Below are positions 39,670 to 49,128 of a stretch of DNA of 64,000 bases, piece after piece; the first letter of the stretch is position 1; each line of letters opens with the position of its first letter. The stretch spans positions 2,726 to 66,725 of the forward strand of contig JAABSE010000005.1 in the NCBI GenBank assembly GCA_011390575.1. The letters are read 5' to 3'. A model generated the notes under the pieces. The model made no database searches. It saw nothing but the letters and a program-made list of their open reading frames with translations, and was not told the origin of the DNA. The translations under genes were made by a program, and so were the position numbers. This stretch comes from Sphingobacteriia bacterium (GTDB taxonomy: Bacteria; Bacteroidota; Bacteroidia; Bacteroidales; UBA7960).

Positions 39670-42600
39670 ATGAAGCGTATTATTATGATGCTGTTTTTCC
39701 TGAGTTTTTCAGCTATTCTGTTGGGCCAGGCAAATCAGGTAAAAGTAAATGAAAAGGAAGACGGCTGGAGGCTCCTGGTCAATGACAAGCCTTTTATGGC
39801 GAATGGAATGAACTGGGACTATTTTCCCATTGGCACAAATTTTATGTATAGCCTGTGGGACGAATCAGATGATTTCATCAAAAAGGCATTGGATGATGAA
39901 ATGTCACTGCTCCGGAATATGGGAGTTAACACTATCCGTGTATATACCGGTATTCAGCCCAAGTGGATACAGTATATTTACGAGAACTATGGTATTTACA
40001 CCATGCTCAATCATTCATTTGGTCGGTATGGCTTGACCTTAGACGGAGGGTGGGAAGCTGTAACTAAATACGATGATCCTGCCACACAAGAACTTCTCCT
40101 TTCTGAAGTCACTCAAATGGTTGAGGAGTATAAGGATACACCCGGGCTTTTACTTTATCTTCTGGGTAACGAAAACAACTATGGCTTATTTTGGGCCGGT
40201 GCCGAAACAGAAGACTTCCCGGAGGGCGAAGATCAAATTAATGCTGTTGGTGAATATCGGGGGCGGCCCATGTATCGATTGATGAACGAGGCGTCCAAAA
40301 AAATGAAGGCAGTTTCCTCTTCACATCCGGTGGCCATCTGTAATGGTGATCTGCTGTTTTTGGATATAATCGCTGAAGAATGCCCCGATGTGGACATTTT
40401 GGGTGTCAATGTATACAGAGGAATGTCTTTCACCGATATGTTTGACAGGGTGAAAAATGAATATGGCAAACCCATTTTGTTGACTGAGTTTGGCTCAGAT
40501 GCTTTCAATGCCATCACTATGGAAGAAGCTCAAAGAGAGCAGGCCAATCTGAATATTGCCAACTGGAGAGAGATTTATGAAAATGCTGCCGGTATAGGTA
40601 AGGCCGGAAACTCTATTGGGGGGTTTACTTTCCAGTTTAGTGACGGATGGTGGAAATATGGACAGACCGAAGAACTGGATGTACACAATACCAATGCATC
40701 CTGGGAAAACGGAGGATACACCTTTGACCATATTCCCGGCGAAAATAACATGAATGAAGAATGGTTTGGTATATGCGCCAAGGGACCAACTGATGTCATG
40801 GGTTTTTACCAGCTCTTCCCACGAGCTGCTTATTATGCACTTAAAGAGGCTCATGAGCTTGATCCTTATGCAGAGGGCACCACATTGACTTCCATCAGGC
40901 AGCATTTTGGTGAGATTGCTATTGGAGATGCTTTTCTGAAAGCAAGAGGCGATAAGGCAGCACTTGAAGGTGAAAGAACCCGGACCATCCGCCTGAGCCG
41001 TTTCACTGCTGAGTTTTCTACCTTCAGCACCGGGGGTAGCCTGATTACTACTCCCGACGATCCCATTTCGGGCAGCACAACCTATCCCGACCAGTTGGGA
41101 TTTGATGACATGCAGTCTTTCTATGTGGGTGTTGAAGCCAATCCTGCCCCCAACTTTCATGGAGAAGTAGAATTTAACATTTTGGGAAATGTTGCCCTGA
41201 ATCCCATTGACCAGATATTTTACGAAAACAGAGGCCGACAGGTTCAGTTCAACAGCGATGATGGCAATGTAAATGTAGAATCCCTGAACAGAATCCAGGT
41301 TTACAGGGCAAGTTATAAATGGGAGCACAAATGGTTTAACCTTGACGGTTTTTATCGCACCGGCCACTATCACTGGGGCTATGAGGGCGATTTTTTTGGA
41401 TTGTATCCCGAAGCTAACTATGGCCCCAATATTGACATTTATAATGGCGTGGCTCCCTTTGGTTTTGAGATTGAAGGGAAAAGAGAATTGAAAGATTTCA
41501 AACTTGCCTTCGGCCCGCAGTTATGGTGGGGTGCAAACCCTGCCTTCCTGCTCAAGTACGGCCGGGAAATTGGAAAATTTGATATTACCGGTATATATCA
41601 TGAAGACCTTGATCAGCTGGGACTTACTGAGAGTTCTTTCGCCATACCTCAGCCCAAAACCCGCAGGGTAACCCTGCACGTAAACAGAGAGTTTGGCAAG
41701 CTGGGTGTTGATGTGGGTGGTATATGGGCAGGTCAGCCCCTGGAAGGGCGTCAATTCCAGATTTACAGAGAAGAAGAGGATGAGCAAAATGTTTATGTTG
41801 ATGAAATAAAACCCGAAGATACCTGGGGTGGAAAAATCAAATTGACCTGGACCGGTGGCAGATTTAACTGGTATGCGCAATCTGCCATCAAAGGCCTTGT
41901 TGCGCAGGGAGGAGTAGATCAAACCCTTACTTTCACCGGCTGGAGACTCAAAGACAGTGGTAGCGGAAACCAGATGAATTTCTTGTCTGGCTTTGCTTAT
42001 ACGTTGGGAAATCTTCAGATTGCCCCCAATTTCCTGTGGCAGAAACCCCTGGAAGGGCCTATCCCCAATACCGTTCCAGCCCCCGGCAGACCCAGAAACA
42101 TCCTTACCGATCCCTTCGTGGTCAGAGCAAACAGGGAGCAAGTATCCGGGGAAATATTGTTTACCTGGGACCCTACGCCCGGCACCTGGATGTATGATTG
42201 GGATAGCGACAGAACAGAAGATGCGGAGTTTGCTGTCAGCGCAGGCTTTGTATATCGTCATTTGCCCACCACTATGGATGCTGCCATTGGTATATTGCCT
42301 GATGGCCGCACCACGTTTGCTTTTCCCGGGGCTCCTTCTGCCAGGGACTTGTGGGAAGTGCATGCAAGAATTATTTCAAAAATTAACAGCGACTATGGCT
42401 TTATTGCCACAGCGTATGGGGGCGATGCCCAGGCCAACGGCAGCGATGACCGTACTATCAGTCGTTATGGTTTGGATTTGCGGATGATATACCGCAAAAT
42501 CAATATCAATTCATTTGTCAGAATCAATGACTGGGGTCCTTACGATTATCACCGCGACTTTAACCTTACTTTCCCGCTGCAGGTAATGGCTGATATATCT

Positions 42601-42816
42601 ACTACCCTGGGGAGTCCTGATTGGATCGAAATTCCCAATACCCGAATCGGTTTGAGAGGTACCTATCGTACCCTTGACAAGTTTTCACCAAGATATTCTC
42701 CCACGCAAATTGTTGATGACAGTGGCGAGCTGGTACCTGATCCCGATGCAATAGGTTTTGACAACGGAAATGAATGGGAAATCAGAACATATATTTTAAT
42801 CAACGTTGGTAATTAA
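39670..42816 (+). CDS. secreted clan GH-A (TIM-barrel) glycoside hydrolase domain fused to a ~600 aa beta-strand-rich C-terminal region (candidate outer-membrane barrel)
   Basis: The likely start is ATG 39670 (MKRIIMMLFFLSFSAILLGQA signal peptide); the track ORF extension from 39466 is implausible. The N-terminal half carries GVNTIRVY, LLGNENNYG (acid/base-like NE) and ILLTEFGSDAF (nucleophile-like E). The C-terminal half has many alternating amphipathic strands (YGLDLRMIYR, IGLRGTYRTL, WEIRTYILINV). Confidence 0.6.
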   Translation: MKRIIMMLFFLSFSAILLGQANQVKVNEKEDGWRLLVNDKPFMANGMNWDYFPIGTNFMYSLWDESDDFIKKALDDEMSLLRNMGVNTIRVYTGIQPKWIQYIYENYGIYTMLNHSFGRYGLTLDGGWEAVTKYDDPATQELLLSEVTQMVEEYKDTPGLLLYLLGNENNYGLFWAGAETEDFPEGEDQINAVGEYRGRPMYRLMNEASKKMKAVSSSHPVAICNGDLLFLDIIAEECPDVDILGVNVYRGMSFTDMFDRVKNEYGKPILLTEFGSDAFNAITMEEAQREQANLNIANWREIYENAAGIGKAGNSIGGFTFQFSDGWWKYGQTEELDVHNTNASWENGGYTFDHIPGENNMNEEWFGICAKGPTDVMGFYQLFPRAAYYALKEAHELDPYAEGTTLTSIRQHFGEIAIGDAFLKARGDKAALEGERTRTIRLSRFTAEFSTFSTGGSLITTPDDPISGSTTYPDQLGFDDMQSFYVGVEANPAPNFHGEVEFNILGNVALNPIDQIFYENRGRQVQFNSDDGNVNVESLNRIQVYRASYKWEHKWFNLDGFYRTGHYHWGYEGDFFGLYPEANYGPNIDIYNGVAPFGFEIEGKRELKDFKLAFGPQLWWGANPAFLLKYGREIGKFDITGIYHEDLDQLGLTESSFAIPQPKTRRVTLHVNREFGKLGVDVGGIWAGQPLEGRQFQIYREEEDEQNVYVDEIKPEDTWGGKIKLTWTGGRFNWYAQSAIKGLVAQGGVDQTLTFTGWRLKDSGSGNQMNFLSGFAYTLGNLQIAPNFLWQKPLEGPIPNTVPAPGRPRNILTDPFVVRANREQVSGEILFTWDPTPGTWMYDWDSDRTEDAEFAVSAGFVYRHLPTTMDAAIGILPDGRTTFAFPGAPSARDLWEVHARIISKINSDYGFIATAYGGDAQANGSDDRTISRYGLDLRMIYRKININSFVRINDWGPYDYHRDFNLTFPLQVMADISTTLGSPDWIEIPNTRIGLRGTYRTLDKFSPRYSPTQIVDDSGELVPDPDAIGFDNGNEWEIRTYILINVGN

Positions 42817-42828
42817 AAATCAAAAAAT

Positions 42829-44697
42829 ATGAAACCAAATATATTGATTCGTTTTACGCAACTTATTACTGCCGCGGCTTTTCTTGCCTTATTGGCGGGT
42901 TGCGAGCGCGACATAACAGATTTAGAAGAAGCATCCTTTCCCACCAATCCTGAAGTATTTATTGATGGTTTCAGTGCCGGGCTGAATTATGCAGCTTTTG
43001 GAGGTTCTGTACCTACCGCTTTTTCGGTAGATAATGATGTAACTTATGATAATTCAGCAGCTTCCATGAGAATAGAAGTGCCTGATGCCAATGATCCAAG
43101 AGGTTCTTTTGCCGGAGGTGTGTATTATCTGGATACAGGTCGCGACTTGTCCGGATACAATGCACTTACTTTCTGGGCCAAAGCTTCTCAGTCAGCTACT
43201 ATTGGTGAAATTGGGCTAGGGAATGATTTGGGTCAGAATGAATTTGTCGTATCAATCCAGGGACTGAATGTTTCCACCGGATGGAAAAAATATATTATTC
43301 CTTTGCCTGACCCTTCCCGCCTCACACAAGAACGTGGTTTGTTCTGGTATGCCGCGGGTAATCTGGATGGCAATGGTTTTACCTTCTGGATTGATGAAGT
43401 AAAATATGAAAAACTCGGAACCATTGCACATCCTGAATATGCTATTCTCAATGGTGAAGACCAGGTGGAAACCTCTTTCATAGGAGTGACCAAATCTATC
43501 GGTGGATTAACAACTACTTTCAATATGCCCACAGGTATTAACCAGGCTGTAAGTGCTGCCCCGGCTTATTTTGAGTTTGTTTCTTCCGACCCTTCCATTG
43601 CAACTGTTGATGCCAGCGGAACTGTTACTGTTACCGGTGGTCCGGGAAATGTTGAGATTACTGCTCATGTAGGTGAGGTTGCTGCAGAGGGTTCATTGAC
43701 GATGCAGTCGCTGGGCGATTTTGAACAAGCACCCGTACCTACACACGATCCTGAAAACGTAATTTCTATTTTCAGTGAAGCCTACGAAAATATTCCGGTT
43801 GATTATTACAATGGTTACTGGGAGCCTTATCAAACCACCCAATCGGCCGATTTTATCGTGGAGGGTAACAGAGTGCTGAATTACACCGATTTTAACTTTG
43901 TGGGAATTCAGTTCACTTCTCCTACTATAGATGCCAGCTCAATGACACATTTGCACCTGGATATTTATCTTCCCAATCCATTAAATGCCGGTGCTGAGTT
44001 TAATATTGAGATAGTTAATTTTGGGGAACCCAATGTCTCAGGATCTTACACTATACCCATCCCGGTCGATCAGGCACAGCAATGGATAAGTATTGATGTT
44101 CCTTTTGAAGATTTGGGAGGGTTGACCAGCAGAGACAATCTTGCTCAGATAATTTTCCTGGATGAGAGTGAAAATATTCCCGGTTTTTATGCCGATAATA
44201 TATATTTCTATAATGATGGAGCAGAACCTCCCACGCCTGATGAGCCCGAGTCACCTGCACCCACTCCAACGCACGATGCAGCCAATGTTACGGCCATTTA
44301 CAGCGATTCCTATGATGTAATTCCTGGCACAAACTTTTTCCCTGACTGGGGGCAGGCCACTGTGGTTACTGAAATCCAGATTCAGGGTAACAATACCTTA
44401 CGATACCAGGGTTTGAACTACCAGGGCATTGAATTGGCTTCCTCTCAGGATTTTGCCGACATGGATTATCTGCACCTGGATTTCTATACTGCCAATTCTA
44501 CTGAGTTATATGTTTACCTGATTAGTGAAGGTCCCGTGGAAACAGGGTATACTTTATCAGTTCCTACTACAGGCTGGTCAAGTGTTGATATTCCCATGTC
44601 TGCCTTTGCGCCGGTAGATTTGGGAGGAGTAATTCAGCTAAAGTTTGATGGCAACGGAGATATTTTTCTCGATAATATTTACGTCCATAAAGAATAG
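42829..44697 (+). CDS. surface lipoprotein with CBM-like modules and a Big_2-like domain (candidate glycan-binding protein)
   Basis: 622 aa. Lipobox LLAGC. The order is an N-terminal CBM-like domain, a Big_2-like segment (VSSDPSIATVDASGTVTVTG), then two ~145 aa modules homologous to those in the 58049..60085 protein. Confidence 0.6.
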   Translation: MKPNILIRFTQLITAAAFLALLAGCERDITDLEEASFPTNPEVFIDGFSAGLNYAAFGGSVPTAFSVDNDVTYDNSAASMRIEVPDANDPRGSFAGGVYYLDTGRDLSGYNALTFWAKASQSATIGEIGLGNDLGQNEFVVSIQGLNVSTGWKKYIIPLPDPSRLTQERGLFWYAAGNLDGNGFTFWIDEVKYEKLGTIAHPEYAILNGEDQVETSFIGVTKSIGGLTTTFNMPTGINQAVSAAPAYFEFVSSDPSIATVDASGTVTVTGGPGNVEITAHVGEVAAEGSLTMQSLGDFEQAPVPTHDPENVISIFSEAYENIPVDYYNGYWEPYQTTQSADFIVEGNRVLNYTDFNFVGIQFTSPTIDASSMTHLHLDIYLPNPLNAGAEFNIEIVNFGEPNVSGSYTIPIPVDQAQQWISIDVPFEDLGGLTSRDNLAQIIFLDESENIPGFYADNIYFYNDGAEPPTPDEPESPAPTPTHDAANVTAIYSDSYDVIPGTNFFPDWGQATVVTEIQIQGNNTLRYQGLNYQGIELASSQDFADMDYLHLDFYTANSTELYVYLISEGPVETGYTLSVPTTGWSSVDIPMSAFAPVDLGGVIQLKFDGNGDIFLDNIYVHKE

Positions 44698-44738
44698 TAA
44701 TAACATGGCTTTTTGTCAAACATAAAAAGACAAATCAT

Positions 44739-45572
44739 ATGAAATCAATAAATATTGCAAAAAATAATTTTCTCTATGTTGTCATACTGCTTTTATGGGT
44801 CATGGCAATAGGATGCGATCGTGACGATTTTCAGAAACTGGAAGAACGGGAATGGAACCTGGTGTGGAGCGATGAATTTGATGGTGAAGCAGGTGAGTTG
44901 CCTGATCCGACCCGATGGGCCTTCGACCTGGGAACAGGAGAAGGTGGCTGGGGAAACGCTGAATTACAAAGCTATACGAATAACCCGGAGAATGTTTCTA
45001 TGGATGGAGAAGGCAACCTGGTGATTACCGCCATACAGGACGGCAATACCTTCACTTCTGCCCGGATAAAAACACAGGGTCTGTTTTCTCAGCAATACGG
45101 CCGTTTTGAGGCAAGGCTGAAAACCCCTTATGGACCGGGGTTATGGCCTGCATTCTGGTTGCTGGGTGATAATATTGAAACCGTTGGCTGGCCTCAGTGC
45201 GGAGAGATAGACATCATGGAGCTCAGAGGGCAGGAGCCCCACATCATACATGGTTCTATTCATGGACCCGGCTACTCAGCAGGAAACCCTGTTTCCAAAA
45301 GTTATGCCCTGGTAAACGATCGTTTTGATGCTGATTATCATGTCTTTGCCATTGAATGGGATGAAGACAAGATTGACTTTTTTGTGGATGATTACCTGTA
45401 TCAACGCATCGAAAACACCGATGTGCCGGGAGAGTGGGTCTACGACCAGCCCTTTTTCATTCTCCTCAATGTTGCGGTGGGCGGCAATTACGTGGGATTT
45501 CCAACTGGTCAAACACCTTTTCCGCAGCAAATGATCATCGATTATGTAAAAGTTTACGAGGAAGTAAAATAG
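44739..45572 (+). CDS. GH16 endo-beta-1,3-glucanase (laminarinase-type) lipoprotein
   Basis: 277 aa. Lipobox AIGC. GH16 catalytic motif GEIDIMELRG, then WPAFWLLG and FFILLNVAVGG. Confidence 0.85.
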   Translation: MKSINIAKNNFLYVVILLLWVMAIGCDRDDFQKLEEREWNLVWSDEFDGEAGELPDPTRWAFDLGTGEGGWGNAELQSYTNNPENVSMDGEGNLVITAIQDGNTFTSARIKTQGLFSQQYGRFEARLKTPYGPGLWPAFWLLGDNIETVGWPQCGEIDIMELRGQEPHIIHGSIHGPGYSAGNPVSKSYALVNDRFDADYHVFAIEWDEDKIDFFVDDYLYQRIENTDVPGEWVYDQPFFILLNVAVGGNYVGFPTGQTPFPQQMIIDYVKVYEEVK

Positions 45573-45644
45573 CGACCACATTTTGTTTCTGATATATTAT
45601 TACACTGTATTTATAAACACTTTAAAACCTTAAAAGATAATACC

Positions 45645-48600
45645 ATGAACAAAGCTTATTCAGACACTGCAGCCCCCAACCCACAAAAGAAGGTTGACCT
45701 GAAGATAGTAGATCATGAAAATGAAAGCTACTTCAAAATGAGCAACCATGATGCCATGCGGCCTTTTTTTATGAGCATCGTGAGCGATGCCAATCACTGG
45801 ATGTTTATTTCCAGCAATGGCGGTCTGTCGGCGGGGCGTAAAAATCCTGAATATGCTTTGTTCCCGTATTATACGGATGATAAAATCACCGAATCAGCAG
45901 ATATTACCGGAAGTAAAACCATCTTTCAGATTCATCATGACAATGATGTGCTGATTTGGGAGCCTTTTTCGGAAAGATTTACTGACAGGTATTCCATCAG
46001 CCGTAACCTCTATAAAAGCATTTATGGCAACAAAATCATTTTTGAAGAAATCAATCATGATTTGGATCTGACTTTCCGCTACCAGTGGAATTCAGGTAAG
46101 ATATATGGTTTTATCCGGAATGCTGAAATCATAAATACATCCAGCAAGGATTACCGCATTACCCTGCTTGATGGTATTCAGAATATCATGCCCTATGGCG
46201 TGCCCAACGATATGCAGCGCGCTACCAGCAACCTTGTGGATGCTTATAAAAGAAGTGAAGTGGATCCTGCCTCAGGTATCGGCATTTTTGCCTTGAGTGC
46301 CATCATTGTGGATAAGGCCGAGCCCAGCGAAGCGCTGAAGGCAAACATTGCCTGGTCACTGGGTATTGACAAACCCACTTTTCTGCTTTCTTCTATGCAG
46401 TTGAAAAACTTCCGGCAAAAACAGCCTGTTAAGCCCGAGCGGGATGTTAAAGGTGAAAAAGGAGCCTATTTTGTTTCTGCAGGGATTTCGTTGCCTGGAG
46501 GCAAAACGAAAAAATGGCAGATCATTGCCAATGTCAACCAGACGCTGTCTCAGGTAATCAGTTTGTCAAACTCCATACAAGAGGATGCTCATCTTGCAGA
46601 TAAAATCCGGCAGGACATTGATTCAGGAACTCAGCACCTGATTCAGCTTGTTGCAAAAGCTGACGGGCAGCAGTTTTCGGCTGATAAACTCACTGATACA
46701 CGTCATTATTCCAATGTGTTGTTCAATATCATGCGAGGCGGTATTTTTGACGATAATTACCTGATCAAGAAGAAAGATTTTGTCAGTTACCTGCACAAAG
46801 CCAATAAAGATGTGGTGAGGCGTAACCCCGGATTTATCCGGGCACTGGAAAATGAATTCAGTCAATCGGCATTGAAAGAACTTCTTACCAAAACTGAGGA
46901 TGTTGACCTGATTCGTTTGTCCATAGAGTATTTGCCCCTGAAATTCAGCCGCCGGCACGGCGATCCCAGCCGCCCCTGGAATTATTTCACCATCAACATC
47001 CAGAATGAAACCGATGGATCTGAAATACTTGATTATGAAGGCAACTGGCGCGATTTGTTCCAGAACTGGGAGGCACTGGCTTATTCCTACCCGGAGTTTA
47101 TTGAGGGAATGATATTCAAGTTTTTAAATGCCTCCACTTTTGATGGATACAATCCTTACAGGGTTACCAAAGACGGCTTCGACTGGGAAACCATTGAGCC
47201 CGACAACCCCTGGTCGTATATTGGCTACTGGGGAGATCATCAAATCATTTATCTGCAAAAATTCTTTGAGATTATTGAGAAGTATCATCCCGGCAAATTG
47301 CAATCCTTTTTTGATAAGGAATGGTTTGTTTACGCCGCAGTACCCTATATAATTAAGCCTTATGATCAAATCCTCCAGAATCCGAAAGATACCATTGCTT
47401 TTGATCACAAATGGGATGCTGCCATTCGCAAACAACGCGAAATGATGGGCGCTGACGGTACTTTGTTAATGGCCGACAGCAAAGAGATTTACCATGTAAA
47501 TTTCCTGGAAAAAATCATGGCAACCGTACTGGCTAAAATGTCCAACTTTATTCCGGAAGCCGGTATCTGGCTCAACACCCAACGACCCGAATGGAACGAT
47601 GCCAACAATGCGCTGGTTGGAAACGGTGTTTCAATGGTTACACTCTATTACCTGCATCGCTTCATGAAGTTTTTCAGCAATATGCTGGAGGGATCCCATT
47701 TGGAAAACATCAAGGTTTCCAACGAACTTATTGAATTCTATCACAGTGTGAGAGAAACGCTGTATGAGTTTGCTCCTTTGCTGGCCGGAGAAATGAAGGA
47801 TACAGACAAAAAAGCATTCCTGGATCAACTGGGAAAAGCCGCATCGGAATACCGGCAGCATATCTACCAAAGCGGATTCTGGGGCAAGAAGAGAAGCGTA
47901 TCTCTTTCCGGATTAAAGAAATTCTCCCGGGCTTGTATCGAATTTATTGAGCATTCTATTGATGCCAATCAGAGAGAAGACAAATTGTACCATGCCTACA
48001 ACCTGATATCAGCAAACGACGGGAAAGTTTCAGTTTCTCACCTGAGCGAGATGCTGGAAGGGCAGGTTGCCGTGTTGAGTTCGGGATATCTGAGTGCTGA
48101 TCAGGCTCTTGAGGTGTTGGATGCATTGAAAAGCAGTGCCCTGTTCAGAGAAGATCAGTACAGTTACATCTTGTATCCCAATAAAGAATTGCCGGGATTT
48201 CTGGAGAAAAATACCATTCCTGCATCTGATGCCAAATCTTCGGAATTGATCAGGAAAATGGTGGCCGATGGAAACCACCAGATTGTTGAACAGGATATTG
48301 AGGGAGGTTTCCATTTCAATGGCAATTTTAAAAATGCCCGCGACCTGGAGAAGGCTCTTGATGATCTGGCAGGTGATGAATACAAAGACCTTGCTGAAAA
48401 AGAGCGCAAACTTCTGCTGGAAATCTTTGAAAAAGTTTTCAACCACAGAGCCTTTACGGGCAGATCAGGAACCTTCTTTGCTTTCGAAGGACTGGGATCT
48501 ATTTACTGGCATATGGTATCGAAACTTTTGCTCGCAGCGCAGGAGTGTTGTTTGAAAGCCATTGATGAGAAAGCGGACCCGGTTGTGATTGGAAAATTAC

Positions 48601-49097
48601 TGGATCATTATTATGAAATTGAGGCCGGAATAGGTGTTCACAAGTCGCCTGAGTTGTATGGTGCATTTCCCACCGATCCTTATTCGCATACTCCCCAGCA
48701 TCGCGGGGCACAACAACCCGGAATGACTGGTCAGGTGAAAGAAGATATCTTGTCGCGATTCGGCGAGCTGGGCGTATTTGTAAGGAAAGGTCAGCTCCAA
48801 TTCCATCCTTCCCTGCTCAGACAGGATGAGTTTCTGACCCGCTCACAGAATTTCGAATACGTAACCCTCAGCGGTGATAAAGAGACCATTGTTTTGGAAA
48901 AGGGGCAACTCGCTTTTACTTATTGCTCGGTGCTGGTAGTTTATGTGATTTCAGGACAGGAAAAAATCACTGTGTTTTTTGCTGATGGCAACAAAGAAGA
49001 AGTGGATGGAAACATGCTGAATAAACAAATCAGCAACCATGTTTTCCAAAGAACCGGAAAGATCGCCAGGCTGGAAGTCAGTTTGAAAATGGAATAA
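45645..49097 (+). CDS. large cytoplasmic glycoside-phosphorylase-like protein (GH94/GH149/GH161-like; candidate beta-1,3-glucan or -oligosaccharide phosphorylase)
   Basis: 1150 aa. Hydrophilic N-terminus with no signal peptide. The motif RPEWNDANNAL (about 47585-47617) resembles the D-W-N-D-x-x-N catalytic-loop motif I recall from GH94-type phosphorylases. The size matches the ~130 kDa GH149 enzymes. The family call is unverified. Confidence 0.45.
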   Translation: MNKAYSDTAAPNPQKKVDLKIVDHENESYFKMSNHDAMRPFFMSIVSDANHWMFISSNGGLSAGRKNPEYALFPYYTDDKITESADITGSKTIFQIHHDNDVLIWEPFSERFTDRYSISRNLYKSIYGNKIIFEEINHDLDLTFRYQWNSGKIYGFIRNAEIINTSSKDYRITLLDGIQNIMPYGVPNDMQRATSNLVDAYKRSEVDPASGIGIFALSAIIVDKAEPSEALKANIAWSLGIDKPTFLLSSMQLKNFRQKQPVKPERDVKGEKGAYFVSAGISLPGGKTKKWQIIANVNQTLSQVISLSNSIQEDAHLADKIRQDIDSGTQHLIQLVAKADGQQFSADKLTDTRHYSNVLFNIMRGGIFDDNYLIKKKDFVSYLHKANKDVVRRNPGFIRALENEFSQSALKELLTKTEDVDLIRLSIEYLPLKFSRRHGDPSRPWNYFTINIQNETDGSEILDYEGNWRDLFQNWEALAYSYPEFIEGMIFKFLNASTFDGYNPYRVTKDGFDWETIEPDNPWSYIGYWGDHQIIYLQKFFEIIEKYHPGKLQSFFDKEWFVYAAVPYIIKPYDQILQNPKDTIAFDHKWDAAIRKQREMMGADGTLLMADSKEIYHVNFLEKIMATVLAKMSNFIPEAGIWLNTQRPEWNDANNALVGNGVSMVTLYYLHRFMKFFSNMLEGSHLENIKVSNELIEFYHSVRETLYEFAPLLAGEMKDTDKKAFLDQLGKAASEYRQHIYQSGFWGKKRSVSLSGLKKFSRACIEFIEHSIDANQREDKLYHAYNLISANDGKVSVSHLSEMLEGQVAVLSSGYLSADQALEVLDALKSSALFREDQYSYILYPNKELPGFLEKNTIPASDAKSSELIRKMVADGNHQIVEQDIEGGFHFNGNFKNARDLEKALDDLAGDEYKDLAEKERKLLLEIFEKVFNHRAFTGRSGTFFAFEGLGSIYWHMVSKLLLAAQECCLKAIDEKADPVVIGKLLDHYYEIEAGIGVHKSPELYGAFPTDPYSHTPQHRGAQQPGMTGQVKEDILSRFGELGVFVRKGQLQFHPSLLRQDEFLTRSQNFEYVTLSGDKETIVLEKGQLAFTYCSVLVVYVISGQEKITVFFADGNKEEVDGNMLNKQISNHVFQRTGKIARLEVSLKME

Positions 49098-49128
49098 TCT
49101 TTTGTCATTAATCAAATTGTAGTACAAC

